From the human T2T-CHM13v2.0 reference genome, Homo sapiens: DNA of 64,000 nt. The DNA is taken from assembly GCF_009914755.1 (NCBI RefSeq), contig NC_060926.1, one strand, 5' to 3'. Positions within the stretch are counted from its first letter, which is position 1, and every line of letters begins with the position of its first letter. This document shows, one piece after another, positions 13,729 through 27,115 of this stretch. A program made the translations under genes and the position numbers. The notes under the pieces were generated by a model that saw only the letters and a program-made list of their open reading frames with translations, searched no databases and was not told the DNA's origin.

Positions 13729-14552
13729 TAATTTGAAATTTAATTTATATGTTTTAAGTTTGAAAACAATACATTTCAGGATTTTTTTCCAGAATATAAA
13801 GTATATTTCTAATATTCAAATTCTGACTATTTTCTGAAGTGTTAATTCCTTTTACTTTAAATAGTGGAGTAAACTTGTCTTAATAGTTTAGGCCTTGTTA
13901 TTTACTGATTAATTCTTTTTATCAAAATGAAGAAAACTTTGTTCAGATTATAAACATAATATGGTATACCAATGTAGAAAAATTTAAAAATGCAAAAAAA
14001 AAAGAACAAAAATTAAAAGCACTGGTAATTCTACTGCTTATAACTTAAATGAATATTCTTCTAGAACCCTGTATATATATATATGCATATGTATATAATT
14101 GTTAGATATATTACTGTACTGGATTGTTTCACACAAAAGGGAGCTGACATGTGACTGTACCATAATTTACTTAGTTACTGATTGATTGTCAGTATTACCA
14201 GTGACGATGGGTGAACATCTTGACATGTGTCCATTTCTCCTCTTGGGTTGTATTTCCTTTAAGTGCTCAGTTGATCAGCCTGCCTTTTGAATTTTATTTC
14301 TGAAGTAGTTGAACCAGTTTGTATTCCCTGGGTTTGAGTGTGCCCATTTTCCCAAATCTTCACTGAGTTTAGATATCAGACATCGATTTTCTCTTCATCA
14401 ACATGATTGATGGAAAAATTGCTCATTTGTATTTGCAATTACAAATGTATTTGATTGCAAATAACTGCAAATACAGATGCAAATAGTATTTTCAAATAGT
14501 TATCTATGTGTGTTTTCCTTTGTGAATTGCTAATTGATTGTCATTTGTTTAG

Positions 14553-14637
14553 AAGGAGATGCTGGACCTGCTGGCCAAGATAAGTCTGAGGTGCCAGAGA
14601 CTCCAGAAATTCCTAATGAGCTTTCATCCAACATCAG
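14553..14637 (+). CDS. TRAF3IP1: TRAF3IP1 coding exon (~exon 11, 85 nt)
   Basis: tttag|AAGGAGAT...ACATCAG|gtctgt. Translates (E)[27 protein letters not shown](R), visible in ORF 14534..14728. Confidence 0.93.
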
Positions 14638-15113
14638 GTCTGTGTGCTTTGAATCCCTTTCCCTCAGCAGAGTGATCACACCTAGGACACTGCTGTGCTT
14701 CTCTTTCTGGCTGCTGCTATTTATTTAGTGCTTGAGCTAACTTATGAGGAATTACTTATACAAAGAATACAAGAAGTATATCAGTTTTCTGTACTGGAGT
14801 TATATCACTATATAGTGATATAATATTTTGGAGATTTAGGGGAATTCAAAATTATAGCTGAATTATGTGATGTTTTGATTAGTGACAGTTGTTGGTATTT
14901 TGAAATTACTGAAAATACAAGTGGAAAGATGGACACTTTCTGATTGGTCGGGTTACTGGGACGTTCCTCCTCTTCTGCAGAGTAGCGTGTCCTAACCAGC
15001 ACATTGATTATGGCTTGGAGATGAGAGTTAACATTCACCTGGGCTTTCTTTTCCAGTTTGAAATGTATAAGCCTTTCATACTCCTTTTTTGGTTTTCCAA
15101 TATTTGGGTTTAG

Positions 15114-15197
15114 AAGAATTCCTCGGCCTGGGAGTGCAAGACCAGCCCCTCCCCGGGTCAAACGGCAAGACAGCATGGAGGCGCTACAAATGGATAG
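15114..15197 (+). CDS. TRAF3IP1: TRAF3IP1 coding exon (~exon 12, 84 nt)
   Basis: tttag|AAGAATT...GGATAG|gtaagg. Translates (R)[27 protein letters not shown](R), containing the IFT54 [10 protein letters not shown] motif. Confidence 0.95.
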
Positions 15198-15576
15198 GTA
15201 AGGCTGGCTCAGCAGGGCAGTTCCAGCCACACAGTGTGTTCTCCAGTGGGCATGGTGCCTCCGCTAAGAGAAGGGGGAGGGAAGCAGCACATGGTGCTGG
15301 AAACATGCTATTGAGGAACAAAAAGTGAGGGTAGGCCCTCGCCTCACACCATAGGCCAACAGACATGTCAGATGGATGAAAGAGAAAAACCATGCATACA
15401 TGTAAAATACATCTTCACATCTATGGGAAAATGTTGGACTGCATTTCTCTGACCCCTAGATTGAAGACTTTCTAAGCGTGAAAACAATAGGGGAATTAGG
15501 AAAAAATAGGGGAAAAAAATTAGGGGCTTAATTGCAGAAAAATTAAAAATAGAAGGTGATCAAAATGTTATAAGCA

Positions 15577-15870
15577 GGCTGGGCCTGGTGGTTCACGCCT
15601 GTAATCCCAACATTTTGGGAGGCCGAGGCGGGCGGATGGCTTGAGGTCAGGAGTTTGAGACCAGCCTGGCCAATGTGGTGAAACCCCCGTCTCTACTAAA
15701 AATACAAAAGTTAGCTGGGCGTGGTGGCGTGTGCCTGTAGTCCCAGCTACTCAGGAGGCTGAGGCAGAAGAATCACTTGAACCTGGGAGGTGGAGGTTAT
15801 AATGAGCTGAGATTGCACTGCTGTACTCCAGCCTGGGCGACAGAGTGAGACTATCTCAAAAAAAAAAATA
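15577..15870 (+). mobile_element. AluS-type SINE
   Basis: ggctgggcctggtggttcacgcctgtaatccc... to an A tail. Imperfect TSD ending ATAAGCA. Confidence 0.95.
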
Positions 15871-16320
15871 AAGTCATAAGCAATATAAAGACAAACAACA
15901 GATAGGATGGATCAGAGTGGGTTTCAGATCAAATAAGAGGCAGGGATTGGAGGCAGGAGTAGATGTGTTTTTCTAGGAGTTTTGCCACAAAGAGAAGGGA
16001 AGGAATAAGACTAGAAAGTGGGAAAGGTGGTGTCAAGGGGAGTTATTATTTTTCTAATGACGGGAATGATCCAGTGGAAAGGGGAAATTGATGACGTAGG
16101 CGACGTGGGACAGGGGTTTGGTGGAGCAGAGTCCCCGTGTGGGTGTGGGAACGGGCGCGGAGGTGGAGTCGGCACATGGTGTGATGCAGATTCTTAAGGT
16201 GATTTTCTGGTACTTATTTTTCTCATGAGCCGTAAGAGGGTCTGGGGGAAGAGGAGTGTCAGAGGAGAGAGGGGCTGGGTGAAGTCGCTGTGCACGAGAG
16301 TGGGCTAGTGAAGAGACTGG

Positions 16321-16515
16321 AGCAGAGGTTTTCCTCTAGGGGTGATCCTACTTTGGGGACACTGGGCCATGATCTGGAGACATTTTCTGGTGTTCTGATG
16401 AAGGGGAGGGGTTAGGGCAGGGCAGTTGCTGAACCTCCTACAATGCACAGGACAGTCTCCACCACAAAGGAGGATGGGCTGCCTGCCCATAGTGCCTGGG
16501 CGGAGGCCGTGGCTG
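16321..16515 (+). mobile_element. MER20-like hAT DNA transposon fragment
   Basis: ggggacactgggccatgatctggagacattt and cctacaatgcacaggacag resemble the recalled MER20 consensus. Confidence 0.7.
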
Positions 16516-17625
16516 ACAGCTGACTTCAGGGCAGCATCTGGTGGACTTGGGCGTAAAGAGACAGAAGATGGTGTGGCGGGGCCTGTTCTGCAGCTGCAGT
16601 TGGCTACACCTACAGGCACTGGGGGGCACAGGCTGTATTAAACAGGGCTCGGCTGTGCCAAGCAAGTGCACCGAGAGAGAAGGGAAGGAGTAGGAGTATG
16701 TGGAAGCGCCACGGTCATGACCAATGTGGGATTTATGCCAGTGAGTGAGGGAGGAGCCCTCGGGGTGAAGGTCAGGAGGAGGCATTAGGATTGAGAGGCT
16801 GAAGGTGCCGGATGGATAGAAGGATTGTTGGAGTCAGGTCCTAGGGCGGTGAGCTGGGAATATAGATAGTGGTGGTAAAGGAGTGGGGCGCTTGGATTTG
16901 AGGTTGGAGCTTGCTGTTAGTGGTAGTGACAGGGGTGCCCCTGGGAGTGGGCGTCGAGTGTGGGAGGTGGGATCATCCCAGCAGGGTTCAGGGACCCAAG
17001 GCCAGGATTTTGGAAGGATCATTTCTCAATAGTTGAAATCACAAGTAAGACAGGAGCACCGTTGGTGAGAGTGGCGGGTCCAGGAGGACTGGGTGGGACC
17101 ATGGGTTGGCAGCTGATGGCAGCAATGATGGGGTCGAGGGTGACAAGATTTAAAGTTGGCAGTTTTTAGGGAGAGTGATCTGGAAGCCGAAGCAAGCATA
17201 AGGAAATTACTGACCTTCCCTCTGGGCCCGTGACAAGAGGCCGGTGGGAGGAGCAGCAGCTGCAGCTGAGGGCTGTGGGGAAGCTGTGTCCTGGAGAGCA
17301 AGGCGGGACAGAGAGGGCCTGCCGATCACGGCAGGCACAGGGGCGCAGGTGTTGAGGAGGTGGATCGTGGGCCACAGTGAGGGTGTGCTGGGAGCGTGAG
17401 AGACGAGGGACGGGAGCCTGGACTTCCTGGTACTGACAGAGCAGCGGGTTCGAAGTGAGGTTGGTCCTGGCGGAGCCACACAGGTGGTTGTTGAGTGTCT
17501 CAAGGACCCAGTTGAGGAAGTCGAGGATGTTTGGGGCAATGGGTGTTATTTTCAGAGGTCGTTCCCAAGTGTCTACATTCCCTCTGGACCTTGTGCATGG
17601 CACTGAAGCAAGGGAGGATTTTGGG

Positions 17626-17658
<33 letters not shown>

Positions 17659-17733
17659 CGCGCGTGTGCGTGCATGTGCTTGTGTGTATGCGTGTGTGTG
17701 TGTGTGTGTGTGTGTATGCATGTGCACGCATGC
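17626..17733. repeat. (TG)n(CG)n(TG)n alternating purine-pyrimidine tract
   Basis: Read directly. Includes about 7 consecutive CG dinucleotides. Confidence 0.95.
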
Positions 17734-18613
17734 AGCACTGCGATAACGGGGCAGGGGGAGTTAGGTGATTGCTTAAAGCACAAGTGTGTAGGGAAGAAAC
17801 AAAGGCAGGAGGGGCCATTAAGGAGCCTGTAGAGTGTTTGGGTCGGGGGCTCACATTTGTACAGAGTGAGCTGACAGTGGCCTGAGTGAGGAGGAGTGGG
17901 GCAGCTGTAGGTGGGGCAGTTCTAGTAGGTGGCCCTGGAGAGCATGAGAGAGCCCTTGGGTGAAGGCTGTCACCAAGGAGGACAAGGTCTGGGGCTGGAG
18001 GGCCAGGCTGTTGGACGCTGACTTGCCCAGAATGATGTGGACTTGGGTGGAGCGCAGTGTGTACGTGGTGCTGAGCGGGACATAGGGCAGCCACTGTGAC
18101 TAGGAGTTGAATGAGGGGCCTCCAGCTGGCTGTGTGAAGAGAGGTCTGGGGTCAGCCCTGGTCAGTGGGACCCCAATGTGGCCCCTGCCCTGAGGTTTGT
18201 GACCCAGGGCAATAAGCGCCTCCAGGTAGAAAGCAGCAGGTGAAGGGCTGGTGTCACTGAGAGCGCAGTCAGGGGAGAGGCGGAGGCCCTGAGGGTCTTT
18301 GTGCAGTAGAGGGCATGACGAGGCTGTGGGGACGGGAGGCCAGGTGTGGACCAGGAGGCCTGGGCAGCACAGGGACGTGGGGAAGCTGGGTGGGGGTGGA
18401 GGGCGAGGCTCACAGGGACTCAGGCCTGGAGGGCTTGCAGAGGACACTGTTTGCAGACAGTCCATCTTAGCTTCAGCGGGTAGCTTGAGATGCTGTTCTA
18501 GCTAGAGATGGTTGGTGATTAGATTCCTCTCTGCCGACCTCTGACACAGTTTCAGATGCTTGGGACTGATGAAAATGTGTAATTCTAATTTAATCTAATT
18601 TCTTTTTATTTAG

Positions 18614-18737
18614 GTCAGGGAGTGGTAAAACCGTTTCAAATGTGATTACAGAGTCACACAATTCTGACAATGAAGAGGATGATCAATTTGTGGTGGAAGC
18701 TGCCCCTCAGCTCTCTGAAATGTCAGAAATTGAAATG
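18614..18737 (+). CDS. TRAF3IP1: TRAF3IP1 coding exon (~exon 13, 124 nt)
   Basis: tttag|GTCAGGG...GAAATG|gttagt. Translates (R)[41 protein letters not shown]. Confidence 0.95.
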
Positions 18738-18959
18738 GTTAGTTAACCGAAATATGATGTTTTTTAATAATAATGTTTTACCTTCATTGAGATTAATAGT
18801 CTAGCTTTTAGATTTATGTAGACAAAAATGTCCTGTAATTTTTCAGTTAGTTTTCTACCTTCGTTAATTTTGTTGTTCTTTTTTTGAGATCCACAGAAGC
18901 ATGATCTTTAAAATTCAACAAGCCTGAATCTTCTTTTTCCCCCTTCCTTTCCTGCTCAG

Positions 18960-18996
18960 GTAACAGCAGTGGAACTAGAAGAAGAGGAGAAGCATG
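18960..18996 (+). CDS. TRAF3IP1: TRAF3IP1 coding exon (~exon 14, 37 nt)
   Basis: Long pyrimidine tract, ctcag|GTAACA...AAGCATG|gtgagt. Translates VTAVELEEEEKH(G). Confidence 0.93.
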
Positions 18997-19567
18997 GTGA
19001 GTCCTGGGCACGAGTGTGCATGTATGTCCATGTGTGTGTGCTCATGCACCTTCTCCACGTGGGCCTGGAAGGATCCAGTGCAAGGGACTGTTGTGTGCCA
19101 GGTTCTGGTCTGGGTCACACTGGCGGGATCACACTGGTGGTACATAGGACCCTGCGGGCATGGATTACTCTTAAGGCGATGGCTGCTGCTCCCCATCCTT
19201 AGAGGAGGGGGAGGGCACAGTTGGAAGCTGGAAACTCACTGGCAACTGTCCTGCAGATGACATCTCGTCTCTTCCGTACGATTAAATTGTGGAAGTAGAT
19301 GATCTCTGAGGCCCTTTGCAAGTCTAGTTCTGGAATGTTATTGTTGGTTTTCTAGCTGGACAACTCAGTAGTGCAAACCCCGTTCCCCACACCAGGGTTT
19401 GAGTATCCTGGAACACAGTTTCTGCAGAAGAGGCAGGCTGAGTACTTTCCTTTATAGATCTGTTCTCACAATATGACTTTGTTTCCTGGCACCTATCACA
19501 GGTGAGTAACGAGGGCTTGTTGGTTTTGGGGGTTTGGGGTTTTTTTTGGTATCTATATGAAGCCACC

Positions 19568-19860
19568 CTTTTTTATTTGAGGCGGAGTCTTGCCCTGTCA
19601 CCCAGGCTGGAGTTCAGTGGTGCTATCTCAACTTACTGCAACCTCTGCCTCCCGGGTTGAAGTGATTCTCGTGCCTCAGCCTCACAAGTAGCTGGGACTA
19701 CAGGCGTGCACCACTATGCCTGGCCAATTTTTGTATTTTTAGTAGAGACAGGTTTTCGCTACGTTGGCCAGGCTGGTCTCCAATTTCTAACCTCAAGTGA
19801 TCCACCCGCCTTGGCCTCCCAAAGTGCTGGGATTACAGGCATGGGCCACTGTGCCCAGCC
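19568..19860 (-). mobile_element. AluS-type SINE
   Basis: Full reverse Alu dimer. Confidence 0.95.
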
Positions 19861-20327
19861 TAGTCACGGATTTTTAACATAGTGGATGTGTTTCATTTCA
19901 GCCCATCTCAGTTTTTCTTATTAATGTTCAGATTGCCCAGTATTTGACCAGGGGAGCCTATTGGAGTTATTTTCTGGGGGCCTTTAGACACATCCCAGTA
20001 CACTCTTTAGCTTCCTTGTTTTCTGATACGACAAGGTGTTTCCAGCTTATTTTGTGTACTTCCTGCCCCATAACTGCCTCATTTCTCCAAGGCACCTGGC
20101 CGCTTACTGCTCTGGGTTGCTTCTTGTTTCCAGGCATTTTCACTGCAAAAGCAGGGATATACTTTTTTAAAATAAGAAAGTATATTCTGACTTAGTGATG
20201 ATATTTCCAATTCCGATTTAGGATTGTAGGGTTTTGCCTGCATTCTTTGGTTTTATATATGCATCTCTTCCATCTCATGCCAAAAAGCCTGGCTCCCAGC
20301 AACAGCGGCTGTCCCCATGCTTTATGA

Positions 20328-20735
<408 letters not shown>

Positions 20736-21008
20736 CAAGGACTTTTTTTTTTTTTGGTAGGTATGTCTGCCTGTTTGTTGGGTATATCCTATTAGGGATG
20801 TACAGTCAGTTACCCTGTTTTAAAGTTGTGAAACAATTCTCTAGTGGCGCATGCTTGCCAATTGGATATCACTAAGTTTATTTCATTTTGCATTCAACCT
20901 TTAGGCATTAGTGTTGTTTACCTTTTTAATGTAAGATAATTCGCATGATTTTAAGGTCAGATGTACAAAACCAGGTATAATCAGAAATGTGGGGCTTTGA
21001 CCCGTCTT

Positions 21009-21080
21009 CTCTACCCTCTACTCTCCCTGTCTCCTCTACCCTCTACTCTCCCTGTCTCCTCTACCCTCTACTCTCCCTCT
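21009..21080. repeat. 25-bp pyrimidine-rich tandem repeat, ~2.9 copies
   Basis: CTCTACCCTCTACTCTCCCTGTCTC starting at 21009, 21034 and 21059. Confidence 0.9.
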
Positions 21081-21791
21081 CCCTGTAGGTAACAGTAAAA
21101 TAGGGCTTATACTTACATTTGAAAAACAAACAAATAAATAAATGCATATGCATGTGCATGTGTATTTACTGATACCTACACTTATTTCCATCTTGCTCTT
21201 TTTAATTTGACAGCAGATGCAGGCTTTCATTTTGCAGCAATGCAGAGAAACCATCCTCATTTCCTTCATAGCCACGTCGTCCTCCACCGTGTGGACGTAC
21301 CCTCGTTTATTCAGTCAGCCTCGGGCTGATGTATGCTTGGGTGAAACACTATTCCAAAAAACTTCACATGATATTTATCCCATGAGTAAATTCTGAAAGA
21401 AGTGGAATAGTCTTGCCCCAGTGTAAAAGAAGTATCCGTACTTAGAAGCATTTCTTGTTATTTCTGTTTGTAATAAATGGCTATATTTTTGGATGTCAAT
21501 CTACACTCCTTCTTAATCTTTGAAAATAGAAAATCTATTTTATTTCTAAAGCTTTTTACTTTTCAAGGAGCTGATTTCCCTGAAACACTTTGAAATGTGA
21601 TAATTTCCACTACCAGCTGTCTATCACTCTTGTGTACTATCTCCTTAACAAATAAAGATTATTTGAAACTGTTTCAGCATAAAAAGAGATAGGATAAAAA
21701 CTTAGTGTTTTTCCCACCATCCCACCCATTTAGAATAGGTTTTTGGGATAGAGAATAAACTTTTAACATAAAATCACTGATTTTTCAACAG

Positions 21792-21868
21792 GTGGACTTG
21801 TGAAAAAAATTTTGGAGACGAAGAAAGATTATGAGAAATTGCAGCAGTCACCCAAACCTGGGGAGAAG
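21792..21868 (+). CDS. TRAF3IP1: TRAF3IP1 coding exon (~exon 15, 77 nt)
   Basis: caacag|GTGGACTT...GAGAAG|gtaatg. Translates (G)[25 protein letters not shown], containing the IFT54 GLVKKILE motif. Confidence 0.95.
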
Positions 21869-21968
21869 GTAATGGAATGATTTCCATAAACACTGGCATT
21901 TTAGCAGTCTGTTTCATGCATTTACAGACTTTTACAAGTTGGAGCATCTTTCAATATTACCATTATCA

Positions 21969-22419
<451 letters not shown>

Positions 22420-22554
22420 TCAGGAGCCAAGAGCCAAAGGCCTGTTGGGCTCTGACTCCCTGACTCTCCCCTTCTGGCCTTGCCCATCCCTTCTCCCAGG
22501 TCCTGTTTGCAGACTGGGAGGCTGGCTGCCTGATCCTGGCTGATTGCAAAGTAA

Positions 22555-22865
<311 letters not shown>

Positions 22866-23901
22866 GGGAATGTTTTTAAGTCTTTTTTTTAAATACGTGT
22901 TCTATTGTACCTGGTTCCCCGCAGTCTCCCTCACACATGTGTGATGTGCTTTTGTTGGGACCTGTGGCCTCTTGCCAGCCACTACCCTTTCCTTGGGCAC
23001 ATGACCACTAGGGCGGGCACCTGTGGGCCAACAGGGTGTGTCTCAAATGCCACAGCCAGGTTTCTCTTACAGTCACTTTAAAGAGGAAGAAGAATTTTTT
23101 TTTTCTTTTAAACAGAAGTTTCTTGGATATTTAGCCTAATAACTCAACAATTTAAAAAAGTTTTATATATAGGGATGTGTGCACACATACGTACACACAC
23201 ATGCACACATATATGTATTTCTCCCCAGCTGAATTAATGGTTGTTTTAGATAATTTTGCTTAACATGTCCTAGTTTGTCACAAAGCTAGGGCCTGAAATA
23301 GCCAATGAGAACTGTGCAATTGAGACTAACAGTAGAGGGAGCCCTTTTAACAATAATAACTGGAGAATGTTGTCGGCGGAGGCTTTGCTGACAGCACCAC
23401 TGTTTGCCTTGCTGAAAGGAGAAATGCCTTCTGCAGTTTGTTTTTTCATTGATGGAATGTTAATACATTATAGTCCTTTCTGTATGCATGAGGGGTTGTC
23501 CTGGTGTCCCTGGTGGTATTTCTGAGACCCAGTCGAAAACCCTGAATGTGTCCCTCCAGGCTCCTAGTGGAGGTCACCTTTGAAGCCTCCATTGGTTTCA
23601 ATTTTATAGCTATGATTTTTACGCAAAGCATATTAGGATTGTGTTTCAAAGTCTCCTTGGAAGAGTAAATTATTTCAGATTGGTAAATCTTTGGGCTTCA
23701 GAAGATGAAAGGAAAAGTGTCCTTTTTTGGTAAACATCTGCTGTTTTGAAAAAGAGTGGTCAGTGAGAACTTCAAAGTCAGGGTTGATGTATGTTACAGT
23801 TAGGGGAAAATCAGCAAGTGTCTGTATGATTTTCTTTAGGATATTGATAAACATCAGACTTAAATTTAACTTGTTGGTCTTCTTAAAACATTTTTGTTAC
23901 A

Positions 23902-24012
23902 TTTTTTTTTTTTTTTGAGTCAGAATCTCGCTCTGTTGCCCAGGCTGGAGTGCAGTGGCGCGATCTCGGCTCACTGCAAGCTCCGCCTCCCGGATTCACG
24001 CCATTCTCCTGC
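23902..24012 (-). mobile_element. 5'-truncated AluY-like fragment (~100 bp) with TSD
   Basis: Only the 3' end of the right arm is present. TACA(T)n lies on both sides. Confidence 0.85.
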
Positions 24013-24042
24013 TACATTTTTTTTTTAAATAAATAAAAATGT

Positions 24043-24416
<374 letters not shown>

Positions 24417-24696
24417 CTACTTTGGATGTGCCTCGTGGTGTTTTTTGAGTTTCTAATGTCACCCTCGTGTTGATCTGTTATGCAGGTTGCTTTCTTCATG
24501 CAGCATGTTTCTCTCTCTCATGTTTTGATACATGTAGATGTAGTTTATTCATTTTAATTGAAGCCTTATAGTCCATTATTTGCTTATTAATTACTCTATT
24601 GATGGACATTTAGGTTTTTCAGCCATTTCCTTTCATAGACAATGCTTCCATGGCTCCTCTCCATGCCTCCTAGCATTCAAGAGCCAGTGTCTCTTC

Positions 24697-24908
24697 CAGC
24701 AAGAATCAGGCCACTTTCTGTAAAGGGCCAGATAAAAATACTTCAGGCTTTTTGAGCCAGATGGTCTCTTGCAACTATTGAATTCTGCCGATGTGGCATG
24801 AATGCAGCCGCAGCATTAGACCATGTAAATGAGCATGTGTGGCTGTATTCAATAAAACGTACTTTACAAAAACAAGGTCCAGGCTGTGGGCTATAGTTTA
24901 CTGATTTC
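24697..24908 (+). mobile_element. MER58A-like DNA transposon
   Basis: ttctgtaaagggccagata...gtgtggctgtattcaataaaac...tatagtttactga resembles recalled MER58A. Confidence 0.75.
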
Positions 24909-25522
24909 AGCTTTGGGGGTTATGCCCAGGCTTAGAAGTGCTGTGCCAGGAAGTACACAGATCTTTAGTTTCACCAGATAGGCCACTTTCCTCCTCAAAG
25001 TGGCTGTACCAATTTATTCTCCCAGTACAATGAACATCTGTTTCCAAACATCCATGCCAACGACAGTCAAGATAGTGAACACACTCATCACCCTCCACAG
25101 TGTCATGTGCCCTTGGTGAGCCCATCCTCCAGCCCATCTCCATGTTCCCCTTACCCCACGCCCCAACCCCAGCAGCCACCCCTCTGCTCTGGTTCACTGT
25201 GCTTTAGTTTGCATTTCCTAGAATTGTGTTTAAATGGAATCATGTGATGTGCACTCTTTGAGGTTTTTTTTTCAGTCTGGCCGTTTTTACTCAGCATAAT
25301 TATTCTGAGATTTATCCATGTTGTTGCAGCGTGTATCTATAGTTTATTTGTTTTTATTGCTGAGTAGTATTTCATTGTATGGATATACCACAGTGTGTTC
25401 ATCCATGTATCAGTTGATGAACATTTGAGTTGCTTCTAGTTTGGACTATTATAAATAAAGCTGCTGTGAACATTAATGTTCAAGTCTTTGTTTTGACAGA
25501 TACTTTCATTATGTTGTATGAA

Positions 25523-26062
25523 TACAGTAGAACCCCTCTTATTTGCAGGGGATATGTTCCATGACCCCTAGCGGATGCCTGAGACTGTGGATAGTACCAA
25601 ACCCTGTATATACCATGTTTTTTCATGATACGTTCCGATGATAAAGTTTACTTTATGAATTAGGTTCAGTAAGAGATGGACAATAACTGATATTAAACAG
25701 AACAATTTTAACAATATGTCAGCACCACTCCCTTGTACTTAGGGGCCATTGTTAAATAAAATAAGGGTTACTTTAACACAAGCACTGGGATACTGCCACA
25801 GTCTAGACTATCTGATAACTGAGAGGGCTACTAAGTGACTAACAGGTGGATGGTGTGTACAGTGTGTATATATACTGGACAGAGGGATGATTTATGTCCT
25901 CAGCAGAACTGTGCAAGATTTGATCACCCTACTCAGAATGGCATGCAATTGAAAACTTATGAATGAATTGTTTATTTCTGGAATTTTCCATTTAATATTT
26001 TCAGATTGCAGGTAACTGAAACTGCAGAAAGTGAAACTATGGGTGGGGATAGGACTGTTGTA
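25523..26062 (-). mobile_element. MER44/Tigger-family DNA transposon inserted into an old antisense L1
   Basis: Begins TA|CAGTAG. Contains gaattgtttatttctggaattttccatttaatattttc and gtaactgaaactgcagaaagtgaaac. L1M-like sequence resumes on both sides. Confidence 0.75.
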
Positions 26063-26131
26063 CCTAGAAGTGGGACTGCTGAGGCATACGGTAAGTGTGT
26101 GCTTAACTTTTTAAGAAACTGCCAGACCATA

Positions 26132-27115
<984 letters not shown>

